A DNA stretch of 58,351 bases, filler included, from Sphacelaria rigidula (Eukaryota), in assembly GCA_964200075.2 (NCBI GenBank). It is 7 parts of 7 records of this genome, joined end to end, with 100 filler letters (N's around TTAATTAATTAA, not from the genome) between each part and the next. Parts side by side here need not be neighbours in the genome. Positions count along the whole stretch, not along the records: positions 25,053 to 33,302 come from CAXNAA020011774.1; positions 33,403 to 41,652 come from CAXNAA020011775.1; 5 more parts are not named here. One strand, given 5' to 3'. The position numbers were made by a program, and so were the translations under genes. The notes under the pieces were generated by a model that made no database searches, was not told the DNA's origin, and worked only from the letters and a program-made list of their open reading frames with translations. Below are positions 24,953-37,700 of the stretch, piece after piece (position 1 is the stretch's first letter; the number at the start of each line of letters is the position of its first letter).

Positions 24953-26483
24953 NNNNNNNNNNNNNNNNNNNNNNNNNNNNNNNNNNNNNNNNNNNNTTAA
25001 TTAATTAANNNNNNNNNNNNNNNNNNNNNNNNNNNNNNNNNNNNNNNNNNNNCGGCGGGTCACATGAATGGTGAGCTGCGTCCTGCGAAGACTGTTCGAC
25101 CAGAAGCCTACTGATCATCTTGCATTTGGATGACAGCCAACAATGAGTTGCTTTATTATCTAGTATCGCCACGTCCAGAGACAGCCACGGCTCATACACT
25201 GCCTCATGGGTGCCTCACCATGTAAACACTAGGTTGTGCGATCATCCCCTTTGTGCGGAGCCGAGGTTATCCCACGCCGCACAGCATGATCTAGCTCGAC
25301 TACCCTCATGGTTACCGGGGGGAAAAAGTGCAAGCGCACAAAACAAACCCCGGTAATCTAGTCTGCCTTTCAGATTCGCTGGACTCCGTGGTTCGGAATT
25401 GGCCGCGGAACAAAGATCTACGCGTAAACCTCCGTGCATGCCGACCCCCGCCAGTTTGGACAGACAAGTCAACACAATCAAACGTGAACCTGAGGATTGC
25501 ATCAGCCTCTCAAACCAAAACACACCGCTCCATTCATTGATGCTCATCAGCTGAGCACGCTGTGCGTGACCTTGCTCAAATCGGTTTAGAATTCAGTGAG
25601 AAATGATGATTTGCGTAAGACGCGCGCACAGCACACGCTCAAAAACAGTCAGCAACAGCACGTTTTGGGTTGCTAGTTGACACGCGAGCGGCCGCCTTTC
25701 ATCTAATACTGGATGGATTTCCGTCAAACAAAGGCTGTCGGGTGTAGATGATCAAGAGCTAGCGCTTGAGCTAATGCGTGTGAGTGGTGAATATCTATCC
25801 GTCTGTTTTCGTGGCTACCTTTCTGCCATTCTGGACTAACGGACACGTCCAGAACCGCCGCATTTTTCACCTGTGCGCAGATCTGGGCTTCGATCTGAAC
25901 AAAACTGGCTATCGATAGGACACAACACTGGTCGCTGTCGGGGCAATCACTTCTCCAAAAGTGATTTTTTGAAAAGTGATGAACCACTTTTGAGAAGACG
26001 CCGCCTCAACGTGTCCGTACTCATCTACGTTCGCGCACAGGACTGTACACTGGCATGCGCCATCGAATCAAGAGGCCGTCAAGATGAAATGCAACAGAAC
26101 AGTAGGGGTGCCTCACACCCGTGCAGTGCATGATACCCACAAGCGGTTCGTGCACGCGATTGCTGAGGCCGTGCCTTCCCCGTGTGGGATCCATCACATC
26201 GAGTACCGCCAATCAGCAGGGTAAGTCTACAACGTCGCTGTTCAAAGTTCGTCTCTGTCAGCAACCTTCATTTGTCCGAAATTCGCACTCACCGAATCTT
26301 GTAGGATAGGCTCCGCGGAGGGAATGGTATACTGAATGTCTGGGGGGACAGAGCTACGTTTGGTTCGTTGGAAAATGACACGCGGAACAGTCGGGAAATC
26401 TCTGCTAGCCTCCTCGAACCTCATTTCATCGATCAACCTCATTTTATAGAATCCCCTGTTCTATGCTCGCCGTCAAAGGGTTA

Positions 26484-26598
26484 AACCTTGAACCGCGAGG
26501 GTAGTTGATCTGTTGAATCAGCATAATTCACAATATTATCTTTCGCATGTGAATGATGCCGATTTAAAAGATCGCCCACCCTCGCGGTCAAGGGGTTT
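26484..26598. mobile_element. Small piggyBac-like MITE
   Basis: Inverted ends AACCTTGAACCGCGAGGGT and ACCCTCGCGGTCAAGGGGTT beside TTAA. Related segments at 16937-17008, 17287-17346 and 53260-53545. Confidence 0.5.
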
Positions 26599-27151
26599 TA
26601 GCAATCAAATGCTGTACATGTGGTCCGACTGAAGCGCCGCTAGAACTGCTGCTGCCCCCGGCGATCGCCACGCTGGGCGGGTTGTTTGGGTGTGTGTGGG
26701 TGTGGTGGCTACGATGCGGATGTTGATGTTTACCAATAGCAAATCCGTCGCTGCACAAACGGAACGTAGGTGTCTACACATGTAACCGTTTTCATGTATC
26801 AATGTGCATGAGCATCAGAACAGAAATAACTCCAAAGTCGATGTAGGTCCCGTAGCTCTTCAGCTCAATCAGAGCAAATGTGCGTATGTAATATTGAAAG
26901 GCTCCACACACCTTTATAGATGAGTATTTATCAATGTGCTGCAAGCTTGGTGAAATGCACGAGGTGCAATGTGTCCGATAACCTATGTGTTTCACACACA
27001 CAGCTTCACGTGACTGTTGGTCAACAGTAGCAAACAAACAAAGTAGCTCGAAGGCTTGGTATCTTGTAATTCTCGCTTATTATTCTCTTGCTCGCCTAGC
27101 GTACTGTTCTCACTGAAGGTAAACAGTAGGTGAAGATGGTGAGTGATGCTT

Positions 27152-27388
27152 CGGTAGGGGTGCAGAAATATTTTCTAAGATTGAAATTGTTAGGAACCCT
27201 TTATCTCATGCAAAATACGACCTATGGAAATATGTGAAAGTACGCCAGGATTACTTTTCCAATGTGCTGGAGATATCTCGAATAAATTTGCAAACGGGGA
27301 TGCCCTGATCCATATTTTCGTGCATCAATAAAATCGTTGGGAGCCCCTGAACTAGACATAATTTCGCGAAAAAAGTGCACCCCTACCG
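27152..27388. mobile_element. MITE with CGGTAGGGGTGCA TIRs
   Basis: Perfect 13-bp inverted termini. Flanks are TT and TA. Confidence 0.6.
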
Positions 27389-28226
27389 TAGCATTGCTCT
27401 GGTCCAGCTCAGAGAGTGATCGAGGGTGCAAGTAACACAACCTCTCTAACCTAGCCCCGAGGAGGCGTTCCTCCTTCTCGGGGCTAGGGTGCACAAGTCT
27501 GCATGTCAACCTTCCCCAAAACTATGGGAGTATTCCCATGAACAGATCGAATGATCTGTAAGTCAACCTGCCCCAAAACTGTTTGAAGGAATAAAAAACG
27601 CCTCTCCATCTTCCTTCCTCATGACACTCACCCACCCAGACGAACCTCTATTTGAGTTGCGATGAAATCTCAAGAGCAACTAAAATTGAGGCTTGTCTCA
27701 CCCATCAAGTCATGAGGAGACAACGCAAAAAAAACAAGAGGGCAATGACCAGCCCGTGCCCGATCCTCCCACACCTCAAATGAGAAAAACCAAAGGTGCC
27801 TCAAAAAGCGCAATTACGCAATCGCGGTTGACTGCGCAGTAGCACACAATGCTGCTGCGAGCTAGCGAACAGACGGGAAAAGCCCAAAATGCTTCGACGC
27901 GCTAGCTAGATGAAAAGCAAAGGAAAACCTCGCAAAGAACACAGTGGCAATCTCAGCAGGGAAACAGAAACTCAAGGACCCGAATAGGGTCGAGTGCCAG
28001 CCGGACAAAGTGGTGGTAACGTAGAGGCCAATGGAAGGGGGCGAAGGGGATCCAAAGGAAGGCGTCGAAGGGGTCGATGAGGGCAGAGATGAGACGTGGT
28101 AGGAGAGCCGTAGTAGGTGAAGCGGTGAAGAGGAGAGCGTACCTGAGTGGGGGACAAGGGAAGTACCGGAACCAAACTGGGAGGGGAGAGAACAATCGCG
28201 ATAAAGGGATCACAAAGAGATGGGAC

Positions 28227-28940
28227 TTAAGATGGTGCATTGATGTCGTGTGTACGATCGATATTGCGCTGAAGGCTTCGACATAGGCCGTGTGACTTGA
28301 AACGTTGTAGGCACCAGGAACCGCTGGGTGCGGAGGGGCTAGTCGTGTATAAACCGGGGCGAAGCTTGAGCTGAACGGGCCCTTGGTCGTCGAGAAAACG
28401 CACGATGTACGTGTCGGCCGCGAGAGCACCGACGGAGTGGATCTGACCTAGCCACCAGAGGTAATCGCTGCCTTTATACCACAAATAAGTACCTTTAGGG
28501 AGCGGTTGTTGTTTTGCGCGAATCTTTTCGTCCCATTGTTTGGTGGGTACGAGTTCGTAACCATCGGCTACAAAACGTAGTCCTTTGTCGCGGTGGAGTT
28601 CGCGGGCTGCAGCAACGCGTCTCATGTTGCGATATCCCTTGTTGTCAGCGAGCTGTTGCTGTGGGGATTGTGTCCAATAAAGAAGGATAGCACGACGGTG
28701 CAGTTGAAGGTCGGACTCGCGTTCCCAAGATGCACGCCGAAGATCTTGCATGTGTGTCTTGTACATAACAGCAATTTTGTCGCCAGGACCTCGAGTGATT
28801 TGGCGGCCGGAAATGTGGGACACGGCCAAGCGGAGAGGTTGTTCAGTCACGTCATCGCTGGTGACGTGGTACGGTGGAGATGTTGTTGAGTAGCTGTTGA
28901 GCACGTATTGAGTGAGACCTGCAGGCAGGTATTGAGGCAT
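28227..28940 (-). pseudogene. Integrase C-terminal extension: chromodomain-like plus PWWP/Tudor-like domain
   Basis: VSHISGRQ...MYKTHMQDLRRASWERESDL (chromo-like) then YLWYKGSDYLWWLGQI...YIVRFLDD. Confidence 0.65.
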
Positions 28941-29099
28941 ATCAGTGGTGTCATGCGGGTTCGTGCAAGGCTTTCAACGATGCACAGAGACGCGAGATTT
29001 AGCGTCATGTCCCTGGAGGTCACGAGGCAAATCCAGGTAAGACTTTGTCGCCAAGAGGCTTGCCGTCAGGAGACGTTGGCGAGGGTCCTACTATGAGAA

Positions 29100-30028
29100 T
29101 CTTGAACGGGCCCGTCCAATTAAGGGACAGTTTGGTCTTCAAGACTGTTGCACGGGAAGTGCGGTCAGCGCCTTGATGGATGGTGGATAATGTGTTGTAG
29201 ATCCAGACCCAATCGCCGATTTTTCAAGTAGGGCGTTCGTGCATCAAGTTGTAGAGGGCGGTATTGGATCTTTCACGGCGTGAGGCGTTGATAGCGTGTT
29301 GTTCGCGCACCAAAGTGAAAGCCTTGCGCTGACAAGCCCTGGCGAGGTCGTGGTAGGTCAGCTGATCTTGTTCCAGACCTTGGTGACCATCGAAGGTATG
29401 TCTTTCGAAAACGGTGATGGCCAGACGAGGGTAGCGTCCAAGATGCAGCTCGTTGGGCAAGAGGCCTGTAGCCGCGTTGACCGAATTGTTGTAAGACAGC
29501 ATGACATGCGAATGGTGAAGGTCCCAGTCATTCTGGCGGTTGTTCACGACCATGGATAGCCCATTGAGCCATAGTGTGGTTCACACGTTCAGTTCCACCG
29601 TTACCGTTAGGGTGGTAGGCGCTCGTGGCAATTTTACGAATGCCGAGGAGCTTGTACAAAGCATCCGAGAGTTCGGAGCAAAATTGTTGACCATTGTCGG
29701 AGAGGAGCCGTTTCGGGCAGCCATAGTGCTTAATGTAGTCATGGACGAGAATGTCCGCTGTGCCGGCAGCAGTGAAATCGCTAGCAGTGACAGCGTACAT
29801 AGACGCGTGACGGCTGAAGCGATCGGTGAAAAGCAGAATATAGGTATTACCTCGGTCAGTGGTGAGTAAAGGGCCGAACTAGTCAAACGATACGAAGTGA
29901 CCAGGAGCGTTTGGAAGTTCCATGGAAATGACCGGCCATTTTATAGTCTATCGAGAGGTTTTGCGAGCCTGACATTCGAAACATCGTTGGATCCAAAAGC
30001 GCGTGGATGCTTCCTTGCCGATCCACCA
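29100..30028 (-). pseudogene. Gypsy integrase core
   Basis: CFECQARK, YILLFTDRFSR, GCPKRLLSDNGQQF, TSAYHPNGNGGTERVN, DWD, KLSLNWTGPFKIL. Several stops and frameshifts. Confidence 0.92.
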
Positions 30029-31470
30029 CTAAAAGCGTTCAAGGAGCGCTAACGTGCGCGTGATACTTAAGTGGCAGGACAGATCAGAGTGACAGCCCTT
30101 CATGACCCACGGACGCATCATGATAGGGGCATAGATGCGGATAGGGGCGTCATGACGCATATGTGCTGGAGTGGCAGTTGTTACTGCGGCAGCCGTGCCC
30201 AAATGGGAGTTGGATCGGCGAACAAGCAAATGGACGTCGTCGTCAGTCGTGAAGATCGTACCTTTGCGTGCAAGCTCGAGCACTTCAGAGGCGGTGGGGG
30301 CGGGTAGAGTGCCCACGGGGGTCAGGATCTCAGCCGGGAAAGGGGTGGGGCAGTTCAACCGTAAGTACCGCATTGTCGCGCGACAGAGCGGTTCCTGTTG
30401 TTGGTCACGAGCCCAATCGCGGTAAGAGTAGCTAGCGAGAAATTTTCGAAGTTGTCCTTCAGCCGGAGAGCCAACCAAACATGGTGGTTCAGGAGGGGGT
30501 GGTATAGGTGAGGAAGCAGGGGTGCTGACGTCAACATTTTGATCCGGAAGCGGATCTGACGCATGCGTAGCGCGAGTCAGAGTCGCAGGTGCAGGGAGAT
30601 TCCCAGAAGGCGGCGTGGGGGTAGCGCGAACTCGTGAACGTGATCGGCGCATCGGGCGCACAAGAGGCGCGGAGTTTGTCTGTACAACCCTGGGTACGCG
30701 AGCGGTTGTGGTAGGTGTTGTACGGCTCGTGGGGGCACGAGGCGGCGGCGGCGACGCATTGCTAGAAGCGGCCGACGGCGGCGGTGGTATCACGGCACGC
30801 GAAGAATTTGCACGAGCTGCCGATCGAGAACGCGTGTTGTCGGAGATGAGGTGAACAGTTGGTGGTGGCGGCGCCGAGATGTTCGCGCGAGGGCCGAAAG
30901 TTCGGAAGTGGGCAAAATCAGCAGCTGTGGGCGCCAAACCATCCAAAACTGCATCAGGGGGCAGAGGGCGGGGGCCCCCCATGTGCAGACCTGTTTTGGG
31001 GCATTGCAGGTCAAGCGCGTAGATGGGCGTAGAAAAACGCCGAATGAGGTAGACGTCTGGTTCATCAGGTTCAGTCAAGCGGCAAGCGGGACTGAAATCT
31101 ATCGCTGTAGGGGGTAGAATCAATCGCGAAAGGACGTCAGCATTGCCGTTGGTTTTGCCCGGACGGTGTTTAACAGTGTACTGGTAAGCAGTCAAGAACT
31201 CCAGCCACCGTTGTACGTGGGGGTTATGTTCTCCAACCTCAGCGAGTAGTTCAAGAGCTCCGTGATCTGTATAGATGTGGAAAGGCACGTGGAACCAGTA
31301 CTGTCGAAGCCGTTTAATAGACCAAGTAACGACTCCGCCTTCTAGTTCGAGTGGACTCCAGTTTGCCTCGTTTGGAAGGGTTGCGCGGCTGATGTACAAA
31401 ATAGGTCGGACAGAGCTATCCAGTTGAGGCTGATTCAAAACTGCGCCGAACCCATCTGTGCTAGCTAGCA
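30029..31470 (-). pseudogene. Gypsy RNase H, Pro-rich linker and start of integrase zinc-binding domain
   Basis: STDGFGAVLNQ, PILYISR, NWSPLELE, FHIYTDH, QRWLEFL, HRPGKTNGNADVLSR, then CHSDLSCHLSITRT ending at a premature stop. Confidence 0.92.
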
Positions 31471-32400
31471 CTGGTGTGTAGTTGGAAAAGACGTGAGCCG
31501 TCTTGTACCGCATCCCACTCCGGAAAACAAAGAACCGCTTTTTCGGTCAGTGTTTTGAGTAATTCGCGGACAGTAGCTTCCATATCTTTAGTGAAGACAA
31601 ACAGGACGTTTTTCTTCAATAAATCGGTGATGGGCCGGATCCGCGTGGACAAGTTGGGCGAAAACTTGCGATAATAAGAAAGTCCGCCCAACAGCGAGCG
31701 AAGCTGCGAAATATTGGTGGGCATGAGCATATTAGTCATAGCCTTGACCTTGTTCGTGTCTGGGTGCAATCCAGCAGGGGAGATAGAGTGTCCCAAAAAA
31801 TCCAATTCATTCGCTCCAAGTCGAGCTTTGGATGGAGACAATTTCAAGTCGTGTGTACGCAAGCGGGAGGGGAATTCCCGTAGAGTGCGAACATGCGCCT
31901 TGGGGGAGGCATCAAAAGCGATAGCATCGTCTAGATACATGATAACATGCTCGAAACCGTCAGTAACGAGTTGCATGAGGCGTTGAAAGTAACCAGGTGC
32001 TGTGGCAGCGCCTTGTGGCATACGAAGCCGTTCATAAAGCCCTGAAGATGTACAGAACGCTGTCAAGGGAACTGTATCGGGTTGAATTGCAGTTTGGTAA
32101 GATCCAGATGCCAGATCGAACGTGCTGAATATTTTTCCTTCACCGAGAGAGCCGAAGACTTCGTCGATGCGAGGTATGGGGATTTTTCCCACGACAGTGA
32201 CGCGATTCAGCCGTTTGTAATTCACGGTGATGCATATGTTGCCATCTTTATTGGGGACGGCCACGAGGGATGAGGCCCATGGCGAAGACGAGTGTTGAAT
32301 CAGACCAGCTCCTAAGTATGCATCCAAAATAGCATTGACTTTTTTGGTGAGGAGGGGATTCGTTCAATATGGTCGAGATGAGATTCACGAAACGCCAGGT
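31461..32400 (-). pseudogene. Gypsy reverse transcriptase
   Basis: SSSPWASSLVAVPNKDG, DLASGSYQ, RMPQG, YLDD, FLGH, LRSLLGGLSYYRKF. Frameshifted at the junction with RNase H. Confidence 0.95.
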
Positions 32401-33426
32401 TGCAGGGTTATCTCGAATGGCAATGTTTTACAGTGCCTGAGATCCGTCTTGGATCGGGAAAATCTGTCCTGATATTCCAGGAGAACATTTTGTAACTTTT
32501 AGATGACAGCGGGCTCCCAGCCCGGACCACGTAGATCGAAATGGATATCACGCAAATAAGGTGGAAGTTGGTGCCACATTTGCAGGAAGTGTTCCCGAGA
32601 CCCGACCGATAAGCGTTGGAGCACTTCATCAGGAGGTTTAGCAGGTGGTCGGTCGGATTCCACCGCAGAAATCCGAGTCGGGGGTGAGGGGGAGAGGTCA
32701 AAGTATGGCTCATCAACGCAGTGAACAGAACCATCAGTCGGCGGTGTGGAATCAGGGCCGAAGGGTCAACTACACAGGTATCCAGAGGAATGTGCATAAG
32801 AGGAGCCGCGGCGATGCCCAAGACATCGCCAGGTTCCAAATTAGCGTGGCCCGTGAGAGGCAGGAGTTGTTCGCCGTCCGAGACAAAATGCTCAGTGCCA
32901 GCGGGCGCGCCAAATTTAGGCAGCAACTCCGCAAAGTAGTGGCCGGTGAGGGCAGGCATACCGTTGCGGCGAACAAGCAAAACTTCCAAGAGTTGAGGCT
33001 CGTCGGAAAGGGTGACACCAGAACTGCCATTGTACCGAAGGTGGTAAGCCGCTCCGGTAGCCTGCTCATTCGTTTCATAGGCTAAGGCACCACTGAGCGT
33101 ACCAAAGCGTTCTAGTTGAAGTTCTCCACGAGGCCCCGACTGGGGCGAGAATGGTGGGAAGGTGCGGTACGTACGTTGGTCGAACCGCATGTAGCTATCT
33201 TTGCCAAGGAGGAGAGCATGATGCATGGTGCTGTAATGCGTGAGAGGACCGCGTGCTTAGAGGACCGCATCGGAATTTGAACATTCCCATGGTTGGGGTT
33301 AGNNNNNNNNNNNNNNNNNNNNNNNNNNNNNNNNNNNNNNNNNNNNTTAATTAATTAANNNNNNNNNNNNNNNNNNNNNNNNNNNNNNNNNNNNNNNNNN
33401 NNATTTCTACCGATCCGATTCTTAAG

Positions 33427-33703
33427 AGGCGAATGCGCTGGGCAACATTTAGAGTTGAACCCTGAAATTTGGTATGGACAATGCGCAGAGCATAATAAAA
33501 AATCGGGAAGAAGCACATGATTTTTTTTTCGTGAGTTACGGGCAATAACAGTTTTCAGGTTTCAGCAAAACGTCCTTATCTCACGAAAAAGAAAAAAAAA
33601 ACTCCATGTATGTGCTTCTTCCCGATTTTTCATGATGCCCCATTCATTATCCATACCAAATTTCAGGGTCTAACTCCAAATATTGGCCGGCGCATCCACC
33701 TGT
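33427..33703. repeat. Inverted-repeat (MITE-like) structure
   Basis: About 90-bp arms: CCCTGAAATTTGGTATGGA...AAAAATCGGGAAGAAGCACAT and its reverse complement. Confidence 0.65.
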
Positions 33704-34035
33704 AAACTTTCATGCAGCCTCTAGGCTGGCCCAGCCTGTATATTTTTCGAGGGGCAATAAGCTCCCTACGGCAGTCGGCAGACTACGGGCGGTACGATAC
33801 TTTCACAAACTAATAGGCATAAAAGTTACCACTGACACACTATTTTCTACGAGCAGTCAAAGCGGGACTAAATAGAAAGAGTGCACAAAAAGGGGAAGGG
33901 GCACGCGTGAGGCGCCCCCTGACTTGGGTAATGCTGAAACAAGGACACGGCTAAGTTTCCTCGTGGGGTGAAGGAGGTACGGTTCTGTGGTAATCTTTAT
34001 GTATTTCATACTTCTTTCTTTGTAGGGCATCCGAA

Positions 34036-34734
34036 TTGTTCGCGTACAGTAACGGAAAAGTCCACAAGGACTTTGGTCTGACACGCGGGGATATTACATT
34101 CAAGAGGGGCGGGATACAATTGCACAAGCACGCAGAATGGCAAACAGCTGACAGCGTAGAAGTACATTTAAAGGCGCACAAGGGTGACCAGAAAAGACGA
34201 GGGGCCGTGTTGAGCAGAAATCGTGCCGTAGCTCAACCCAACAAGCAGGCAGTAGACATTGGTCAATCCTCAGGTGCGCAGGGTGGCGGGTTGGAAATAA
34301 TGATCGCGCTGATGCTAGTTCACCTTGAATCGGACGCTAACGCCCCGCTCACCATGTACGCATCACAATCAAAATGGAGGGTGTGGACGCGCGAGCAAGC
34401 AACAACCGCTCTGCGGGAGTTAGTGCAACAGCATGGTGTGAACCCTTCAGAATATGCACAACATTCGGGTCGTATCGGGGGAGCAACGCGTTTGGCCGCG
34501 GCAGGCATCTTACCAGCGGTTATTCAGCGCGAAGGTCGTTGGCGTAGTGTAGCTTTCATGGACTACGTTCGAGCTAACTTGAAAGATTCAGGAGCAGTAT
34601 CTCAGGCGCTAATAGAGGACGTTTTAGCCGGTGGCATTCAACTCAGGCAAGGAACGAAATGGGGAGATGGCAGTGACCAGATTTTAATGTGGGGTAATGG
34701 CAATCAATATAGCCGGGGAAGCGGTACGCAATAA
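34036..34734 (+). pseudogene. Tyrosine recombinase C-terminal part of a DIRS/Ngaro-type retrotransposon, 5'-truncated
   Basis: KAHKGDQKRRG and HSGRIGGATRLAAAG...IQREGRWRSVAFMDYVR, giving H-x-x-R, W and the catalytic Y. Confidence 0.88.
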
Positions 34735-37700
34735 GGAAGAGAAGAGAAAAGGAGTGATGAACGTGTAAAATGGGGAAGTAGTATCGTGGTAACCATGTAG
34801 GATAGCAGAAAGCGCTTTCTTGCGCTTATACACATACAAGTATTAGATATTTATGGGCGTGCGGCACAAGGGGCACCAGATTGTAGAAATGCTTCTCGAG
34901 ACGGAGGCGATATACCGCCTCTATCTTGAGTTCGGGATTAGTAGCATTTCGCACCGTTTCCTCGCATATGCTTGCCGAGGAAAAATTGATAAAATTATTC
35001 CAGATTCAAAAGAGAGGCAAACTGCAGGTACTTCCCCCTTCCCCAAATACTAACGATATCTCACCCTTTTGTGCCCTTAGTTTTTGTGCACACACACCGT
35101 CGACCCTGTTCCAATACCGAACGCATTGTCGTGGAACAAACAGCACTGTGTGTACATCAGCAAGAGCTAGCGCCAGATATTATGCATTTGTGCTGCGGAT
35201 GCCTGTGCGTGTCTTTTATGGGCTGTGTTGGTACTGGTTTAGTACCGTGTTGCAGCCACGTGTTTCACGCCCATCGAGATTTCGAGAAGTGTTTCCGATT
35301 GTATCCAGTGAGGAAATATTCACCGATGTTTCCAGAAAGCCAGTTTTGTGAATCTCCACTAGGTCCTAAAATGGTGGTTATGGATCGGCAAGCTGTGTTG
35401 CTTGGTTCCTTTTCCCACTTCTTTTTTCGTCTCGATAAGATATGGTCCAGGATACTATGTACGAGTACGCCATGGGCTACTGTGCGGCGGAATCAGGGTG
35501 GAAAATGACCGGCCTGTTGTACCAGCAAAGATCGACGTATCCATCGCCAGTTTGTGCGCTGTAGTCGATATAACTGAGCTGGAGCGCTGAGGAAAGTAGC
35601 AAATAGACATTATCTAATTCGCCTCTGTAAATGTGCTTCCGTGCTCCCTTCAGTCTGCTGGCTTTACTGTGCTATTTTGCGGGGGTGATAAATAACGTGA
35701 CATTGACGAAAGCGCAAAGACGCTGATAACTTGCTGTTGATCCTGTCAGCCTGCAATTCTTCGACGTTGTCCAGGTAAACAAATCTCCAACCTTCCAGAG
35801 GAAGTGTGTGACTGTTGGATCTGATCTTACGCCAGAAAAGTCAGTGATAGCACTGTGAGATCCTGTTTTGTGCCGTCTTGGCATGGACGCGACCTCATCA
35901 TTCTCCGCCTCCGCACCTTTTTTGTACTCTTATCCTTCACACCCTTTGCCCTTGCCTACACAACAACAGCGCAAGTCGGAGAGGTCGTAGGGGGGTGTTT
36001 CCTCATCAAGCAGACATTCACCGTCGCTTTGATTTCGAGAGTAAAGAAGGGCACTGTAGTCAAGTCCTGGTGCGGTCGATTGTTGAAGGTCGTGCCTGGA
36101 ATTGATATAGGCTTGCCTGGGGTGGGGGCTCCGACTATCTTTGGTGTAACCATAACGTGCCCGACCACACGTCATGCAACATGAAACGTGTGATCATCAC
36201 AGGCCAATTTTTTGCATGATGAACAGCGGTTGATACCCCAGGCGCAGCCACCTGTTATCACCTTGGTTGCAACCCAAAAAGTGATACGAAGTGTTGTGCG
36301 TGGCTTTACACCAGCGCCGGTCAACAGTACCGGCATGGTGTCGGGAGTGTCGGCAATAACATATTGATTGCTGGAGGTGTCGCTGGGACGATAAAGGTGC
36401 CGGCCGACGAAAATAGTCAAGTATCTATAGTGTCGCCGATACCTTGAACACCACTTTATTATACCGTCGCTCATTCCAGTGCCGTGACGCATGTGGCACT
36501 TGCGATACTCTACTGCCGCCGACACCACTAGTGAGCGACAGCATCACATTGTCAACGATCTTTGAAAATGTGATTCAGATGCAATATTTTTGTTATGCCA
36601 TGTAACCCCTTGGCCAAGGTTCTCAAAAGGCCGGTTTGCTTGTTGTTCGTGCTACACGTAGTTGAGGCCAGTGCAAACAGTACAGTAACGACGACACCTT
36701 GACATTACTGCCGCCAACATCATCCAACGTTATCCAACATCATCGCACTGTAGCTCACATTACACTCGTGGGCGACAGCATCGCAGGTGTCGCCGACAAT
36801 TTCGGAATGATGAAGTATGATTCAAAATGTAATACGTCGAAGTATTAGCATTATGCAAGCTCTCGGCGGATATTGACGGGACCAGGGTGAAAAAGAAAGT
36901 CACTTCGCTTGCTGTTCTTGTCACACGGTGCAGCCCAGTGTGTCGGATGGCCACAACTCCGACATGGTCGCCAGTCTCATCGATTGTATAAATATTATTG
37001 AAACATCTCTGACACATGCGACACTTTCGACAGTGTGAACGACAGGCGGTGTTGGAAGTGCCCGCCATAGTCTCTGAGGTGGCGCCCACCTCGTCCAACA
37101 GATCGAACCGTTGGTTGGTGAAGCTTCACACTCAGCCAAGGTCCTGTAAAAGGCCAATTCCCTTGTTCTTCGTCAAAGCCATACCGGGTGAGAGATTCAG
37201 ACCCCTCCGGTGCGGGTTAGAGCACCGACGATAGAGCAAGCCGGCATAATTATCCACTGCGTCACTTCCACTCACCACTCCGTCCGATATTGCGGCCAGA
37301 GTGGCCATCCGGGACACCTTGCACATACATTATGCCGACGGCTGGTCGGTGTTGGCCTGCTGCCTACTACTGGGAACGTTGGTGTGAATCCAGCGTGTGT
37401 GCTAACCTGTTTTTCTTACGGTTCAAACCACCTTGATGGGAACTATAAGAAGAACAGTCACGTTTTCATGACGCATGTTGACCGCACAAAATGGCACATG
37501 TATCATTCTCCCTGAGATGTTGTCTACGTTACGGGCGCGGGGGTGAGTTCTCTGAGGGAAACAAGACTCGGGAAAGTGCCTTTTCGACCGTACCACGACG
37601 TTTTTTACTCAAGAAAAGGGCCCGGCGGACTCTGCCATCTCTGAATGAATCGTCTACTATCAAAGGGATTCTGGTACACGTTTGCGTTTCTCCTGTGCCC

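Larger units (their letters stand above)
27557..33302 (-). mobile_element. Ty3/gypsy (chromovirus-like) LTR retrotransposon, decayed, 5' end lost at contig end
   Basis: Domain order PR-RT-RNaseH-IN-chromo on the minus strand. Candidate PPT GGGTGGGTGAG followed by TGTCATG at 27626 (3' LTR start; extent uncertain). Confidence 0.9.

Noticed and set aside
28227-34734. Hybrid retroelement combining gypsy pol with a tyrosine recombinase
   Set aside because: The two parts are on different contigs separated by an artificial linker.
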